Part shown: positions 13,981-25,974 of the stretch, one piece after another
Numbering within the stretch: position 1 is the first letter of the stretch
How the letters are laid out: each line of letters begins with the position of its first letter
Source: Rhina ancylostomus
Taxonomy: Eukaryota
Assembly: GCA_030265395.1 (NCBI GenBank)
Contig: JARFYF010000062.1
Coordinates: 16,083,398 to 16,147,397, forward strand
Length of the DNA stretch: 64,000 nt
Direction: 5' to 3'
Notes under the pieces: model-generated
The model's database searches: none
What the model was told of the DNA's origin: nothing
The model's input: only the letters and a program-made list of their open reading frames with translations
Made by a program: the position numbers and the translations under genes

Positions 13981-15283
13981 TGAAAGCTAGAGGAGGTGTC
14001 CTTCTTTTCACCAGAAGTTCCAGGCATAAAACACTCAAATAAATTGTCTTAAATTCTAATGCAAATATCCATTGTATTTCTCATTCAAAGTCTCCACAGA
14101 ACTTTCAAAACAAAAATAACTGAATTGTTTAGACATGGGAAATTTTACAAATCCATGTTGATCAGACTCTTGGACAGTGCCTGGTCACTCTGCAAATTTT
14201 AGTAACTTCCCCACAATTGTTGTAAAACTGTGATATCCGCTTCCCCACCCTTCACCATTCATTAAATAAATGAGTAATGTTTGAAATATTCCCGTTCCAT
14301 GGCACAATTTCCAACATTCGAATCCATCAGCACAACAACTGACTCAACTAAACAATGTAATAACTGGAGTAAAAACCATCTAGATATTGAAGAACACCTG
14401 ACATCAGCCCATCTTAAGTCACATTATATTTGCTCATTGTAATATATTAATTTTCTACTTTTTGTTATTTCTTCAAAATTGCTAAAATTTTTTGATCTGT
14501 TCTGCCTCACCAATTTCAATGTCTTTCATTAGCAGCAGACTATTGTCTATGTAATCTGCATTTGTTTCACCCTTCTCAATACANNNNNNNNNNNNNNNNN
14601 NNNNNNNNNNNNNNNNNNNNNNNNNNNNNNNNNNNNNNNNNNNNNNNNNNNNNNNNNNNNNNNNNNNNNNNNNNNNNNNNNNNTGAAAGCTGGAAGAGGT
14701 GCCTTTCTTTTCACTAGAAGTTCCATGCAGAGAACACTCAAATCAAATGTCTTAAATTCCATGGCAAATATCCATTCGTTTCCTCGTCCAAAGTCTCCAG
14801 AGAACTTTCAAAACAAAAATAACTGATATGTTTATACATGGCAAACTTTACAAATCCATGTTAATCAAACTCTTGGACAGTGCCTGGTCACTCTGCAAAT
14901 TTCAGTAACTTCCCCACAATTGTTGTAAAACTGAGATCTGTTTCCCCACCATCCACCATTCCTTGAATGAATCAGTAATGTTTGAACTTTTCCCTTTCCA
15001 AGGCACCATCTCCAATATCAGAATCCATCAGCACAACAACTTACTCAATTAAACAATAGAAGAACTGGAGGGGAAACCATCCAGGTGCTGAAGAACCCCC
15101 GACATCAGCCCATCTTAAGTCACATGATTTTCTCCATTGCAATGTGTTAATTTTCTACTTTTTGTTATTTCTTCAAAATAATTGCTGAAACATTTTGATC
15201 TGTTCTGCCTCACCAATGTCAATGTCTTTCATTAGCAGCAGACTGTTTTCTGTGTAATCTGCATTTGTTTCACCCTCCTCAAT
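13981..15283. repeat. Direct duplication of ~600 bp (13981-14583 and 14684-15283) separated by an N gap
   Basis: Copies align end to end (tgaaagct.g..gaggtg ... tttcaccct.ctcaat) with roughly 10% differences by eye; each contains an antisense CR1 RT remnant. Confidence 0.9.
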
Positions 15284-15827
15284 GCAACTAGCATCAAAAT
15301 CAATACAACTAATATTCATGCATGTGTGGAACATTTCTACCAGAGTCCTGCATCATTTGCTCTTCCTTGTCTTGATCCAAAGTTCCATTCTGTTATTATT
15401 GTAATCCTGTTCTCTTTTTATCGCATGTTTCATTGCTATTGTTATGTTTATTCATTTGGAATTTAATAAAAAGATTGAGAAAGAAAAAAACAAAGGACCC
15501 ATGTTAATGTCTGTTTTGTTTCGACTGATCTTGTTGTTGGTTGATGTTTATTCTGCATCCTTTGCGTATTACCTGCGGAAGTATTTTACTTCTAGGCTGC
15601 TGAAATTTAGCCTCATGACGTCTCTCAAATCCATTTGCGTTTGATGCGCCTCAGTTTCTTTGAATACAATCTTTGAAGACAACTTTTAAGAACTTGTCAT
15701 ATTTTGCCGCATTTTCTCCAGCAACCCAGAGTTAATGCTGTCCCTGAACTACACTCGCTTGCAGCGAACCGTATATCGACTCCGAGCGGAAATTGACCAT
15801 CAGATTGAAGATCTTCACCACAAAACA

Positions 15828-15846
15828 CGACCAGAAGGTGGCGCAC
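15828..15846 (+). promoter_or_regulatory. CTCF-like binding motif
   Basis: CGACCAGAAGGTGGCGCAC matches the vertebrate CTCF core CCASYAGRKGGCRS at all but one position, in a locally CpG-enriched non-repeat patch. Confidence 0.55.
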
Positions 15847-17169
15847 CATGTCTTCAATTGTTTTGCACAGCTGCAAAGTGGATAATTTTGAGCACATTGA
15901 AATAAATTATTGATCAGTCATGAATGACTTCTTTACATTTTATGGACTTTTATGTTTCCTATGATTACTTCTGTTTGAACAGATTGTTTAGGGGTATGAG
16001 AACTGTATTGCTGAAGTTTTGATGGCCAGTTCGTTGGGATCTACTTGTCAATGGCAACATGTGTCAGCTTGTTCACCCACGGAACGGAGCAGGAACGGCA
16101 TCAGAACCAAGGCGAGAGAGGTGCCTGTTACCTCTTGATTGGTGGGTATTTGCTGTATTCATACAGGAAGTGCCATGCTCTGCCTGAGACTGAACCAATC
16201 CCATTGACATATTGGAAGCAAGCTTTGCTTCAGTGACCATGGATCCTGCCAANNNNNNNNNNNNNNNNNNNNNNNNNNNNNNNNNNNNNNNNNNNNNNNN
16301 NNNNNNNNNNNNNNNNNNNNNNNNNNNNNNNNNNNNNNNNNNNNNNNNNNNNTGCTCTGCCTGAGACTGAACCAATCCCATTGACATATTGGAAGCAAGC
16401 TTTGCTTCAGTGACCATGGATCCTGCCAACCTGCACGAGCATTGTCAACATATTGGGGTTCAGTCTGGTTTATCCTCCTTCCTTGGTTCACATCTGGCGG
16501 TGTGTACTGACGCCTCAGTAACAAGCTGCACACAGGCCCCGCCCCAGAACATACAGACGACTTTTGACCGGAGGGAAAGCTGATGAGCAGAGCTTGACCT
16601 CCAGTCAGAATATGTAAGTGTTAGTTACTCTAGCTTTTAGATGACTCGGAAATTCAAAGCCACTGAAACATGAGTAAAATTGTTTTAATTTTTGAAAATA
16701 AATTTAGTAAAAGCTTTAACTACAAGAAATAGAACACTTCAGCATTTGAAGAAATAACTAATATCATTCAAACAAAGAAGTTAATAAACCTCTTTCTGAC
16801 CTGCTCTGCAAGCTGGAGTCCCTTCAAATTAAAGAGGCGTCCAATCCTATGCCAGGATTGGATGAAAAAGTTCGGAAAATGTGCATTCCCTCAATAACAG
16901 CAGTGAGAGAGGGACAGGCATCATTCACTCAGGCAGCCCCAGATGTACAGTGGATCTGTGCAAGTACCGGAATGATTCCCTGGAAACGGCCAAATCCCAA
17001 CGATTTTGATGGCTGTCGTCAGCAGGTTTCGGCCCAACAGCCCCCAAAACTCCTCAAGCTTTGCACGAGAGCAAATGTCATTGGAGCGACATACAGCAGA
17101 GTTGTGTGTGCACAGACTTGGCTTGATCAAGACAGCAGTGGTCCCAGAAGGTGAGATACCTGTGACAGG

Positions 17170-17512
17170 ATGTTGAAAATTATCAGGGCTGTTCAGAAAG
17201 ATAAACTGGTCCCAGTCAGAGGTTCATAAACAGAGAACACAGATTTAAGGTGATTGCCAAAAGAAGCAGAGGGGAGATGAGACTTCTTTCACATACAGTA
17301 AAGTTTACGATCTGGAATTCACTCTCTGAAAGGGCTGTGGATGGAGATCTCATCATGACTCTCAAAAGGGAATTGTCCATATATTTCTAATAAAAGAATT
17401 TGAAGGGCGATGGGGGAAGGAGCAGGGTTATGGGATTAAATGGACAGCTCTATCAAAGAGCTGTCACCAGACCAAAGGGCTGGATGGATTTGTGCTGTGA
17501 GATTCAATGATT
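17170..17512 (+). mobile_element. CR1-like 3' end fragment
   Basis: acagatttaaggtgattg...tctggaattcactctctgaaagggctgtgg...tgtgctgtgagattcaatgattc resembles CR1 3' ends. Confidence 0.65.
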
Positions 17513-18989
17513 CCAAAGTATACTCAGTACAAGAGGAACGGCTAAACACCTCGTTCAGCTGCACTAATCATGTCATCTCGATGCAGCTGACGTCAGCCAA
17601 ACGAGCAAATGTTTTTCCTTCTTAAATATTTTACTTGAACTGACTTTTTTATATATTCAATGAGAGTATCTGGGCATCCCTGACAAGGCCTGCATTTATT
17701 GCCTCTCCCTAATTGCCTCTGAATTGAGGAGAAAGTTCAGAATGAAGCTTGTTGTTGGATCTGCAGTTGAGGCTAAAGAGATCAGGTATTTTCCCCTTTA
17801 GGACATTAAGAAACCAGACGGATTTCACGACTTCCCAAATATTCATTGTTAGTGTTACTGAGATGAGATATTCATTTTCAGGTTAATTTAATTATTCAAA
17901 TTCAAATTCCACAGTTTTCATGATGGGATTCGAGCTCCTCTCTCTGGATCAGTTGTCCAGGATTCTAGCTGCTTGCCCAGTCACAGAGCCTCTGCTTACA
18001 GTACCACATAAAATGGCAATGTTTGCAGAACAGAGCTGAACCAATTACTATCTTCAAGATATACTTACAACGAGTGGATTTGTGAGTGGTCAGCCCCAGT
18101 TAAGTGGCATTGAAACAGGCCTTTACTTTTGGAATAAACCAGCAAAGAAATATTTGAGTAATTTTTGAAGTAATGGTTTGAACTGAATCCCATTGGATGA
18201 GTGAAATGAAGATTTTTGATGTGGCAAAACAAGGAAATTGTATCATTTGGATAAATAGGTGGAGACCAAATATTTCTGATAGTCATCAACTGTTTCGTCC
18301 ATGAGTCCATCCCATTCCCACCGCACACACTTTCAGGTATCATGGGGTGTGATTTCCCCACTCCATAAATTCAGTGAGCTCGCAGTTAGTGTCCAGCTGA
18401 AGCAAGAGGAACAGAAATCATCTCTTTGAGTTGCTGGTTGTGGTGTAATTTCGGAGGATTTTTCTTCCCCTGATCATCATTGTTTTAAGGCAGGAGTCAA
18501 TGCGCAGACAGAGATCCCATCTTGAAGGCCACAACAACCACACGTAAGGAGTTCAGTGAGTTCAAACACACACATTACATGGAAAATACTGGGTAAAAGA
18601 TCTTCAGCTCGATCTTCCATTTTTCCCAAATTTCTCCTCTGCTTCTGGTGCTGCTTCCAATGAAAATCCACAAGCAAGCCTGGGAGAATAGAAAGCCCAG
18701 CATTTCTGCATTATGCTTTTACCCTTGATTTTCTTCCCGGAATTCTTACATTTCTTGTCAAATGTAAATCAGTTTTACTCAGACTAAAATATTTCCGACT
18801 TCATGTCCTTCAGTTTAAACTGATGCCTGACAGAAACTCTCATGGTCACACACCCAATAATTGGTGTATGAAATTTTATATCTGGCAGTGCACTACCTCA
18901 ATATTAAAGGGATTTTGTTTCTCTTTCAAGTGCTGACTGCCCTGAAATATATTGCTAACAATCCTTTTCAACTTTTTTGAAGTGCACTC

Positions 18990-19150
18990 ACTGTGAGCAA
19001 ACTGCCAGCAGAATATTCACACAAGACACGGCTCCATGAGCAGCATGATGAATGACCAGTTAATTTGTTTCAGTGGTTGAATGCTGGCCAGGACACCGGT
19101 AGAGAACTCCTGCTCTTCTTATGGAATATGTCAGCTCTATTTTCATGTGT
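18990..19150 (-). mobile_element. Deu-domain (SacSINE/AmnSINE-like) SINE remnant; related remnants at ~21220-21400 and ~33780-33960
   Basis: aatgaccagttaatttgtttcagtgg...tggccaggacaccggtagagaactcctgctcttctt resembles the reverse complement of the Deu domain as recalled. Confidence 0.55.
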
Positions 19151-20339
19151 AGCTTCACTTTGTGGGAAAAAATCGATAGGTGGAGTCTTTTAAATGACAA
19201 GAGATTGAAGGATGTTGGTGTCAGTGTGTTCTGGGTATCCTTGTACACAAATCAGAAAAAGTTAGCGTGCAAGTACGGCAAACAGTTGGCCATTCATTGC
19301 AAGACAATTTGATTACTGGAGTATAAATGTTGTGCTCCGATTATAATGGTCCTGGTGAGACCACACCTGGGATACTGTGCCCATGTTTGGTCTCCCCAAC
19401 TCAAGGATATACTTGTGATTGAGAGAATGCAATGAGGTTTCGCCAGATTGTTCCCAGTGAGAGTTGGTTTTGTTGTACGAGCAGAACCGAAGCTCACTGA
19501 GCTCACACTCGAATCAGTTTAGAAGAATGAACAGTGATCTCATTGAAACACTGAAAACGCTGATGCAGAGCTTGACAGGGTAGATACAGAGAAGTTATTT
19601 CCAATTTCTGGGATGCCAAGAACCAGGTTTACTCAATTGTGTTAAAGAACTCATTGGAGCTCGATGGGGGCAAACAACTGAGAAGTTACTCCTGGTGTCA
19701 TGGTATGTATTGATGATTCATTAAAGGAGCTAATAGTTCTCATTTTCTTTGTGACTGTACTAAAAAAAATCATTATCTGGCTACTTTTTCTGTGTGCAGG
19801 TTGACTCCCACATAACAACAATTATGATACTTCATAATTAAATAATTAGCTGTAAATGACTTTGGGAAAGGCAATGCATAAAGTCTCCCTTTAAAGGTGT
19901 GATGAAATCTTCAACAAGCAACAGACAAGATGCTGGAGGAACTCAGCAGGTCAGGCAGCATCTGTGGAGGAAAATGTACAGTCTACATTTCGGCTCAAGG
20001 CTGGTAATTCCTGCTTTAACATGATGTCCAAGTTATACCCCTTGTTGTCATATCTTCATGCAGAGAGTAGTTGAATATTTGGAATTCCCCAAGTGGGAGA
20101 ATTGAGGAGGCTAAGTCATTGGGAGTACTTGAAGAGGAAGTAGATCACTTCTTGAACCATCAGGGAGTTGAGGGCTGTAGGAATTAGCAGAAATTTAGAG
20201 ATCAGCTCTGCAGCAGATTAGCCATAATCAAACTGAATGAAGGGACAGGCTTGAGGCTGCTTCGTCTTCTTCCTTTATGTGCTCTTATATGAATCTGAAT
20301 CTATGTTGTTGCTTCGTGTAAATTGTGTAACTTCCAACG

Positions 20340-20670
20340 TACTGTATGTCACAGCTCCAGTGTGACTTCTGGTGCATTCTGTGTGGAGTTTGCATGTTTT
20401 CCCTCTGACTGCGCGGGTTTCCCCTGGGTGCTTCATATTTTCTCATGTTCCAATCACAAGTTCCAAAGATATCAGTGGGTTAAGTAGCTGTTTTAAATTG
20501 CCCCTAGTGTGTAGAGGCCGCATATAATCTGGGGTAAGTTCAGGCTCATGTGCGGGGTGTGTAAACAAGAAAATGGAATTAACGCAAGATAAATGGGTGC
20601 TTGGTGATCAGCACTGACATAGTGGAACGTGGGTGCTGTTTCCATGCTTTGTAACTCGATGACCCTGTTC
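20340..20670 (+). mobile_element. V-SINE (HE1-like) remnant; paralog at ~32900-33225
   Basis: V-domain tgtggagtttgcatgtt.tccc.tgactg.gc.ggtttcccctgggtgct. Confidence 0.75.
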
Positions 20671-20691
20671 TCATCCAAGAGAACAGCTCAC

Positions 20692-20775
20692 CACCACATT
20701 TAGAAGGGCAGTTTGAGGTGGCCATTGGATGTTGCCTTGACATTGATGTCTCCAGGTTACAAAGAATATCCAGGC
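20692..20775 (-). pseudogene. Candidate 84-nt exon AWIFFVTWRHQCQGNIQWPPQTALLNVV (paralog 33251-33334 has TGG>TGA)
   Basis: cacAG acceptor and |gtgagc donor in both copies; phase 0 matches the upstream candidate exon; three synonymous differences between copies within it. Confidence 0.33.
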
Positions 20776-20924
20776 CTGTGCAGTACCAGCAGAGCCAACG
20801 GGCACTTTTGCATTTGATGCAGAATCAACACCGAATCCAGCTTTATTCAGAACGTTTTTTAATGCAATAACATCAGGCAAAAAGACAGCATGCTACCGTC
20901 CTACTGCCAGAGCAAGTAATTCAC

Positions 20925-21160
20925 CTGTTTTGGACAATCTCTTACAAATCCTTCAGAAACTTGCTTCAGCTGCATGGAGAGGGAGATGTGCAGAAGTGCT
21001 GGGTTTTCGATGTGATCAAATGCCAGTTTTTAAATGTCTATGTGAGTTATCAGATAATTTTTAGTGAGCTTTCTGCTGATCTTTTGAAATGGTTTAATAA
21101 TCAAGATGGGATAATCTTGGAAAATTGCTGTATCCCACTGTGAGATCGGCTCCAACTTCA
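20925..21160 (-). pseudogene. Candidate pseudo-exon (78 codons) of an unidentified gene, copy 1
   Basis: Acceptor tttctttcattcAG, donor CAG|gtgaat. Frame KLEPISQWDTAIFQDYPILIIKPFQKISRKLTKNYLITHIDI*KLAFDHIENPALLHISLSMQLKQVSEGFVRDCPKQ has a single TAA (21030-21032) where copy 2 has CAA. Confidence 0.42.
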
Positions 21161-22004
21161 CTGAATGAAAGAAATGGATGTATGTTTAACGCACCAGTTG
21201 TAGCATTAAGACATTGCAAACCTTTTGTTCAGAGCAAGGTCTCACAAACAGCTATGTGTTAATAAGGAGGTACTCTATTTCAGTGATGTTGTTTCAGGGA
21301 TTGGTTCGGGATGCAGGGAAACATTCCTATCGACCTCTGTGATTTTATAACTGAAATTAGATGGCTAATGAAGCCTTAATTTAACAACTGATCTGAAAAA
21401 AAGAAATGACATGAATGTGCCACCCTGGAGCTTCGTTCTGAGTTGTGGGTAACAGTGCCATGGCCAAGATTTAATGACCATCCCTAACTGTACTCAGTAT
21501 CCTAGAACATATGCAGAGTTTGTGCTGAAGGTGCTTTTGATAATTCTGTTCGGTAACAAATTCCAGAATTTAGACCCAGCCACAATGAAGAATAGAGCCC
21601 CATATCAGTACGTACAAGAACTTGAACACAATGCTATTGGTGCCTGCTGCTTCTGTCCTTCCAGGTGGGAGAGTTGCAGGTTTTGAATGTGACATCAAAC
21701 AATCCTTGACTTGTTCCTGCTTGTAATTGGTACTGACCAAGGATATCACTTGCCAGTGGTAAAGTGAGTGGATGGCGAGAGTGCCAATCAAGTGGACTGT
21801 TCAGTCCTGTTACTTCAAGCCATTTGGTTGCCGTGGGAGCTGTGATTATCCCGGCATGGAGATTTCCTGCTCAAATCTCTGCTGTGGAACTTGAACTCAC
21901 AATTGTCTCAGATGGAAAGGTTGGACCAAAGGAACCACAGCTGAAGCAGATCTTCATCTACCTTCATAGTTAATCACAAACAACTGTTGTGGATCAAATA
22001 ATAC

Positions 22005-22114
22005 CTTTGCTTTCCCATATCTAAAGGGCAGCACAGGATATTGTTGATTTCCAAAATTCTCCACTTACGATTCAAGTAAGTCCTTCTCGCTTCCTCGTTT
22101 GCTTTTGGATCCAT
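22005..22114 (-). pseudogene. Candidate ATG-containing exon MDPKANEEARRTYLNRKWRILEINNILCCPLDMGKQ (paralog 34563-34672)
   Basis: gacATGg start context, AG|gta donor and open frame in both copies; six synonymous differences. Phase does not match the next candidate exon. Confidence 0.3.
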
Positions 22115-24046
22115 GTCTCGCGATATTAAGACAGTAACATGATCTATAAGCGTGCTCTTGTGTCAGGATAACTTCATTGCATACAGATAATAACAGTTGT
22201 AAAGCTCGTAATCAGCATCAGGTTACAATAATACCTTGTCAAGATAAACTACACACTTGACATGACACTAATTATACGACTGAACTTTGGTTTAATTCAA
22301 AGACAACTAAAAATACATATCAGTTTTTATTGTTTCTCTGATCATTTAATTGTCACAATTTCTCCTACTAAACTTCACGTGTTGTCCTACAAATGGGCCT
22401 CCTCTCTGAAAGGAAAAGCTGACATTTACAAGCCTTGCTGTTGGACATGAGCATGTGATTCAGCACAAAATCTTACTGCAGTATAAAAAGAGTGTCCACT
22501 GCCTAAAGTAGTTCAAACCAATCGAGAAGTTAAGTTGATGCCTCAGCCTTTCTTGGTAAATAAAAGAAAAATTCCTCAGTAATGTTTGAGGAAAAACGTC
22601 AAGCTTCCTCCCTCAATCAGAGCATTCCAGGCCAGGATGGAGTAAATGACCTCCTCTCGTGAAGAACTGTTATCATTTAATGAACATCATGAACAGATTA
22701 TCTGATCAATATTTTGCCGTTTTAAGACATTGCTCAGTGCAAATTAATTATTGACTAATCCGAAAAGAATGCAGTTCAAGGATTGGAAGTGCTTCGGCAC
22801 ATCCTGAGCATGGTAACCTGGAACATTAACTCCAGTTATTTCTCAGCAAATCTGCTGAGTATCTCCAGCACTGTCTGTTTTTATTTACTCTTAATTCTGC
22901 ATTCAACTATGTGGTGCCCAATTCCACTGAGGTTGTGATCAATTCTGGAGCCAAGTGCTCCTGGTAAAATCCAAATTGTGAGCAGCTTAATGACTCTGTT
23001 CATGAGTTCATGACACCACCTTCTGTCACTTCGATGACTGACTAATTGGGCAGACATTAGTGGGTTGGATTTGTCTTGCTCTTTCAGGACGTCACGTATC
23101 TGGGCTATTCCCCATGTCACCAGGTTGTAATTGCACTGGAACTGAGGCACAGCTGACTCCGGAGCCAAGGTTTACGATGCTTCATCCAAGATGTGTCTAA
23201 TTCCCTTACCTTTGATGTAACCAGTGCTGCTGACAATTCTTGATATTACACATGAATTATATTATGTGGCGGAATCCACTCAGCAGTTTGGAATGAACAC
23301 GTTGCAAATGCTTCGCTCTTGCACGTTGTTACTTCTGCTTGCGTCCGGCCATCATTAGGATGGGTTTGCTCTTGGAGTCTCCTCTTTCTCCTCCCGTTGG
23401 CTCGTTAAATATCCACCAACATTCTCAACCACATGTGACAGAGCTGCAGTGTTTTCATCTGATCTATTGGGTGTACAATTGTTTAGCTCTGTCCATTAGA
23501 AGCTGTTCTTGCTATTAAGTATACCTGTAGCCTTGAATCGGGATTTATATCTTGCACTTCTCCCAGCATGCACTTCGGTCTTCCCCATTGGATCAGGTTT
23601 ATTCTTCTGGTTAATCTTCTGGCTTGACGGCACAAGTGTGGACCGGAATTGTTCTGGCAAGAGGTCGTGGATTACAGTGGACAACATAATGCTCCTGCTC
23701 AGGGTTGTGAAATGACCGTCTGATGAGTGACAGAGGCAGGAGTTTGAAGCGTCAGCAGTTAAATCATACGGTTGGCATTTAGAAAACAAGGAGGAGGTCT
23801 CTCGAGTATTTTCCATTCAGGAACAAGGATGCATTTAACAGAACTAAATCACTTCAATCTGAATGAACTTTTGTGAAAGGGAACACAATGATTGAATCTT
23901 GATTTGTGCCTTCCAACCTGGGAAGAGTCTTCACTGGAGGACTCTCAGCTATGGGAAATTTGAATGTTGCATATGTTTGTGTGCAACTTTGATTTTGTTA
24001 CTCTTGGCAAATGATAAACATTGATGGACCTATCTACACATCTATA

Positions 24047-24447
24047 TGTCATGGTTCTGAGTTCTGGTGCTCATTTGGCTCCATTAATGCATTATTGTCC
24101 AGCACATGGATTACATGCTGGACTGATTGCATAACAATACACACCTGAGCCCCATCAGGAGCCTAGCATAAGTACCTGTGTTTCTCTGGCACTAGTTGCC
24201 AGAGTATTGGTCTACCTTTAGGTATACTTTGGTTCCAGTTGCTTAGATTAGGGTTACTCTAGAGCAGTCCTGTGTTCTCTGTTCCTTTATGAAGATCCAG
24301 TTCGTGTTGGGATTCCTCTTCTGATTTCTGAGGCAAGATTCCTTCCAGTTACTGCCTGTGGTTGTCCTGAGGAACTATCCTGACTCCAGTCTTGTATCAG
24401 TGTGCCGCATTTGGGTTCTGAGTTTGCTCCGGATCAACATTGTGACA
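24047..24447 (+). mobile_element. Solo Gypsy-type LTR without target-site duplication
   Basis: TGTCA...TGACA, 401 bp, same family as 11311-11716 and 42395-42799; flanks ctata and ttgat do not match. Confidence 0.92.
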
Positions 24448-25974
24448 TTGATAGCAAGCAGCATCAGGATATATGACAGAGCTTTATCGAAATAGATTTT
24501 TAAGCAGCTTCCTGGTGGACAGGAAAGGAGGAGGTCGAGTAAGATGGGTGGGTAAGAATTCCAGAGCTTGGGGTCTCAGCAGCTGAAGACAGCCACCAGT
24601 GGTGGAGGGATGAACGTTACCAATCTACAAAAGGGTAGAATTGGAGGAATCCAGAGATTTCAGAGTTATGGGGCTGTATTAGGGTAGAGATGTAAAAGGC
24701 ACAAGGCCACTGAGGAACATTAAATTTTAGGTGTTGGTTGACTGAGTCAACCCAAGTTGAAATTTTGCCAAAAGCTTTGAAGGAAAGGGACTCACATGAA
24801 GAATTCTCTTCTAAAGTAACTACTGTGGAGTGAACATGGGAAAGCTGACTGGCTGTTGGACCACCTTCTTATTCCTTACCAGGAGCAAGAAGACCACACC
24901 TTGGTCACTCTTTCCATAACACTGTGTCAGGAGGGAAACAGGTCACAATCTGGCAGGGACCTTGGTTACAGGAGTACAGGACAACCAAGATTTCATTAGA
25001 ACCATCGTGGATGGGTAGGCAGCCCTCATTTAGTCAAAGTCCAAGCATCACATCCCCACCAATCTGGTGACATATCCTCAATGCTTCAGCAACGCAGTAA
25101 TTGTAGTTTTATTTAGCAGGAGCCTGACCCTACCCTGGCTCCAACCCACCCATCTATCCTTTGAGTAAAGGGTAGAACACACCTGGAAGACTCCTGGCAT
25201 GGTATGTGAGCAAGGGGATAGCAAAACATGAAGATTACCTATTATAGTAAAAGTAACTAACCACATGATATTTGTATTTTAAAATATTGGGAAATTCTGC
25301 TATGGATCCACAGGGAAGTCACCAATATTTTTGTGAATCTCAAGAGTCAAAGATTTGTCAGTTAAGCAGTAAAATCAGATGAAAGCAATTGGCTTTTTGG
25401 CCTGTTCTCTCATCACATGAACCAAACCATTGGCCTAGTGGCTGCTTTATATTCTCTAGGTTGAAGATGCAAGTTAAAACACAATCCTGGACAGTCCCAG
25501 TGAGCCACAGATAGGAAAGTTCACATGAATATCTGTGTACAGGGACATAGGTGGAATCTTTGCATTTAACTGAAAAAGACAGTGAAATCTTCCCAGTTAA
25601 CAGAACTGCCCAGTCTATTAGCTGGTGCAAGAAACCCCATTGAGGAAGCAATAATGTGTAGTAAATTAGGCTGCAATTCCTTGCTCTACTTCACAGTGAT
25701 CAAGGGAAAACAATTTCCTTTTTAGCTCCCATTTTTTACCATAACCCAAAGCAAAATAGTCTAAAAATTGCTTTATTACATTTTAATGGCATCGCACAGC
25801 ATGGTGAGCGATCCTAACACTATTTGTGAAAAGTTCTTTACAGATGTTTATCTTTAATTGCTGGGTTCACAGCAGAGTGTTGCCCAGTTTCCCTGCAAAA
25901 CACTACTTGGTGTTACTTTCAGCACAGCGCATATTGAACCATTTTAAGTTCTTGCAATTACTGCCATTTAGCTC

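Larger units (their letters stand above)
19535..24046 (+). repeat. Segmental duplication block A, copy 1
   Basis: Collinear with 32101-37842 (about 85-90% by eye) from atctcattgaaacactgaaaa to gatggac.tatct; lacks ~1.28 kb present in copy 2. Confidence 0.96.

Noticed and set aside
15573-15725. In-frame TGA in otherwise open frames (here and ~33275) as selenocysteine
   Set aside because: No recognisable selenoprotein context or SECIS; ordinary stops are more likely.
21137-21143. CACTGTG/CACAGTG heptamers (also at 33696 and elsewhere) suggesting Ig/TCR recombination signals in a clustered locus
   Set aside because: No nonamer at 12/23-bp spacing and no V, J or C immunoglobulin-domain motifs found.
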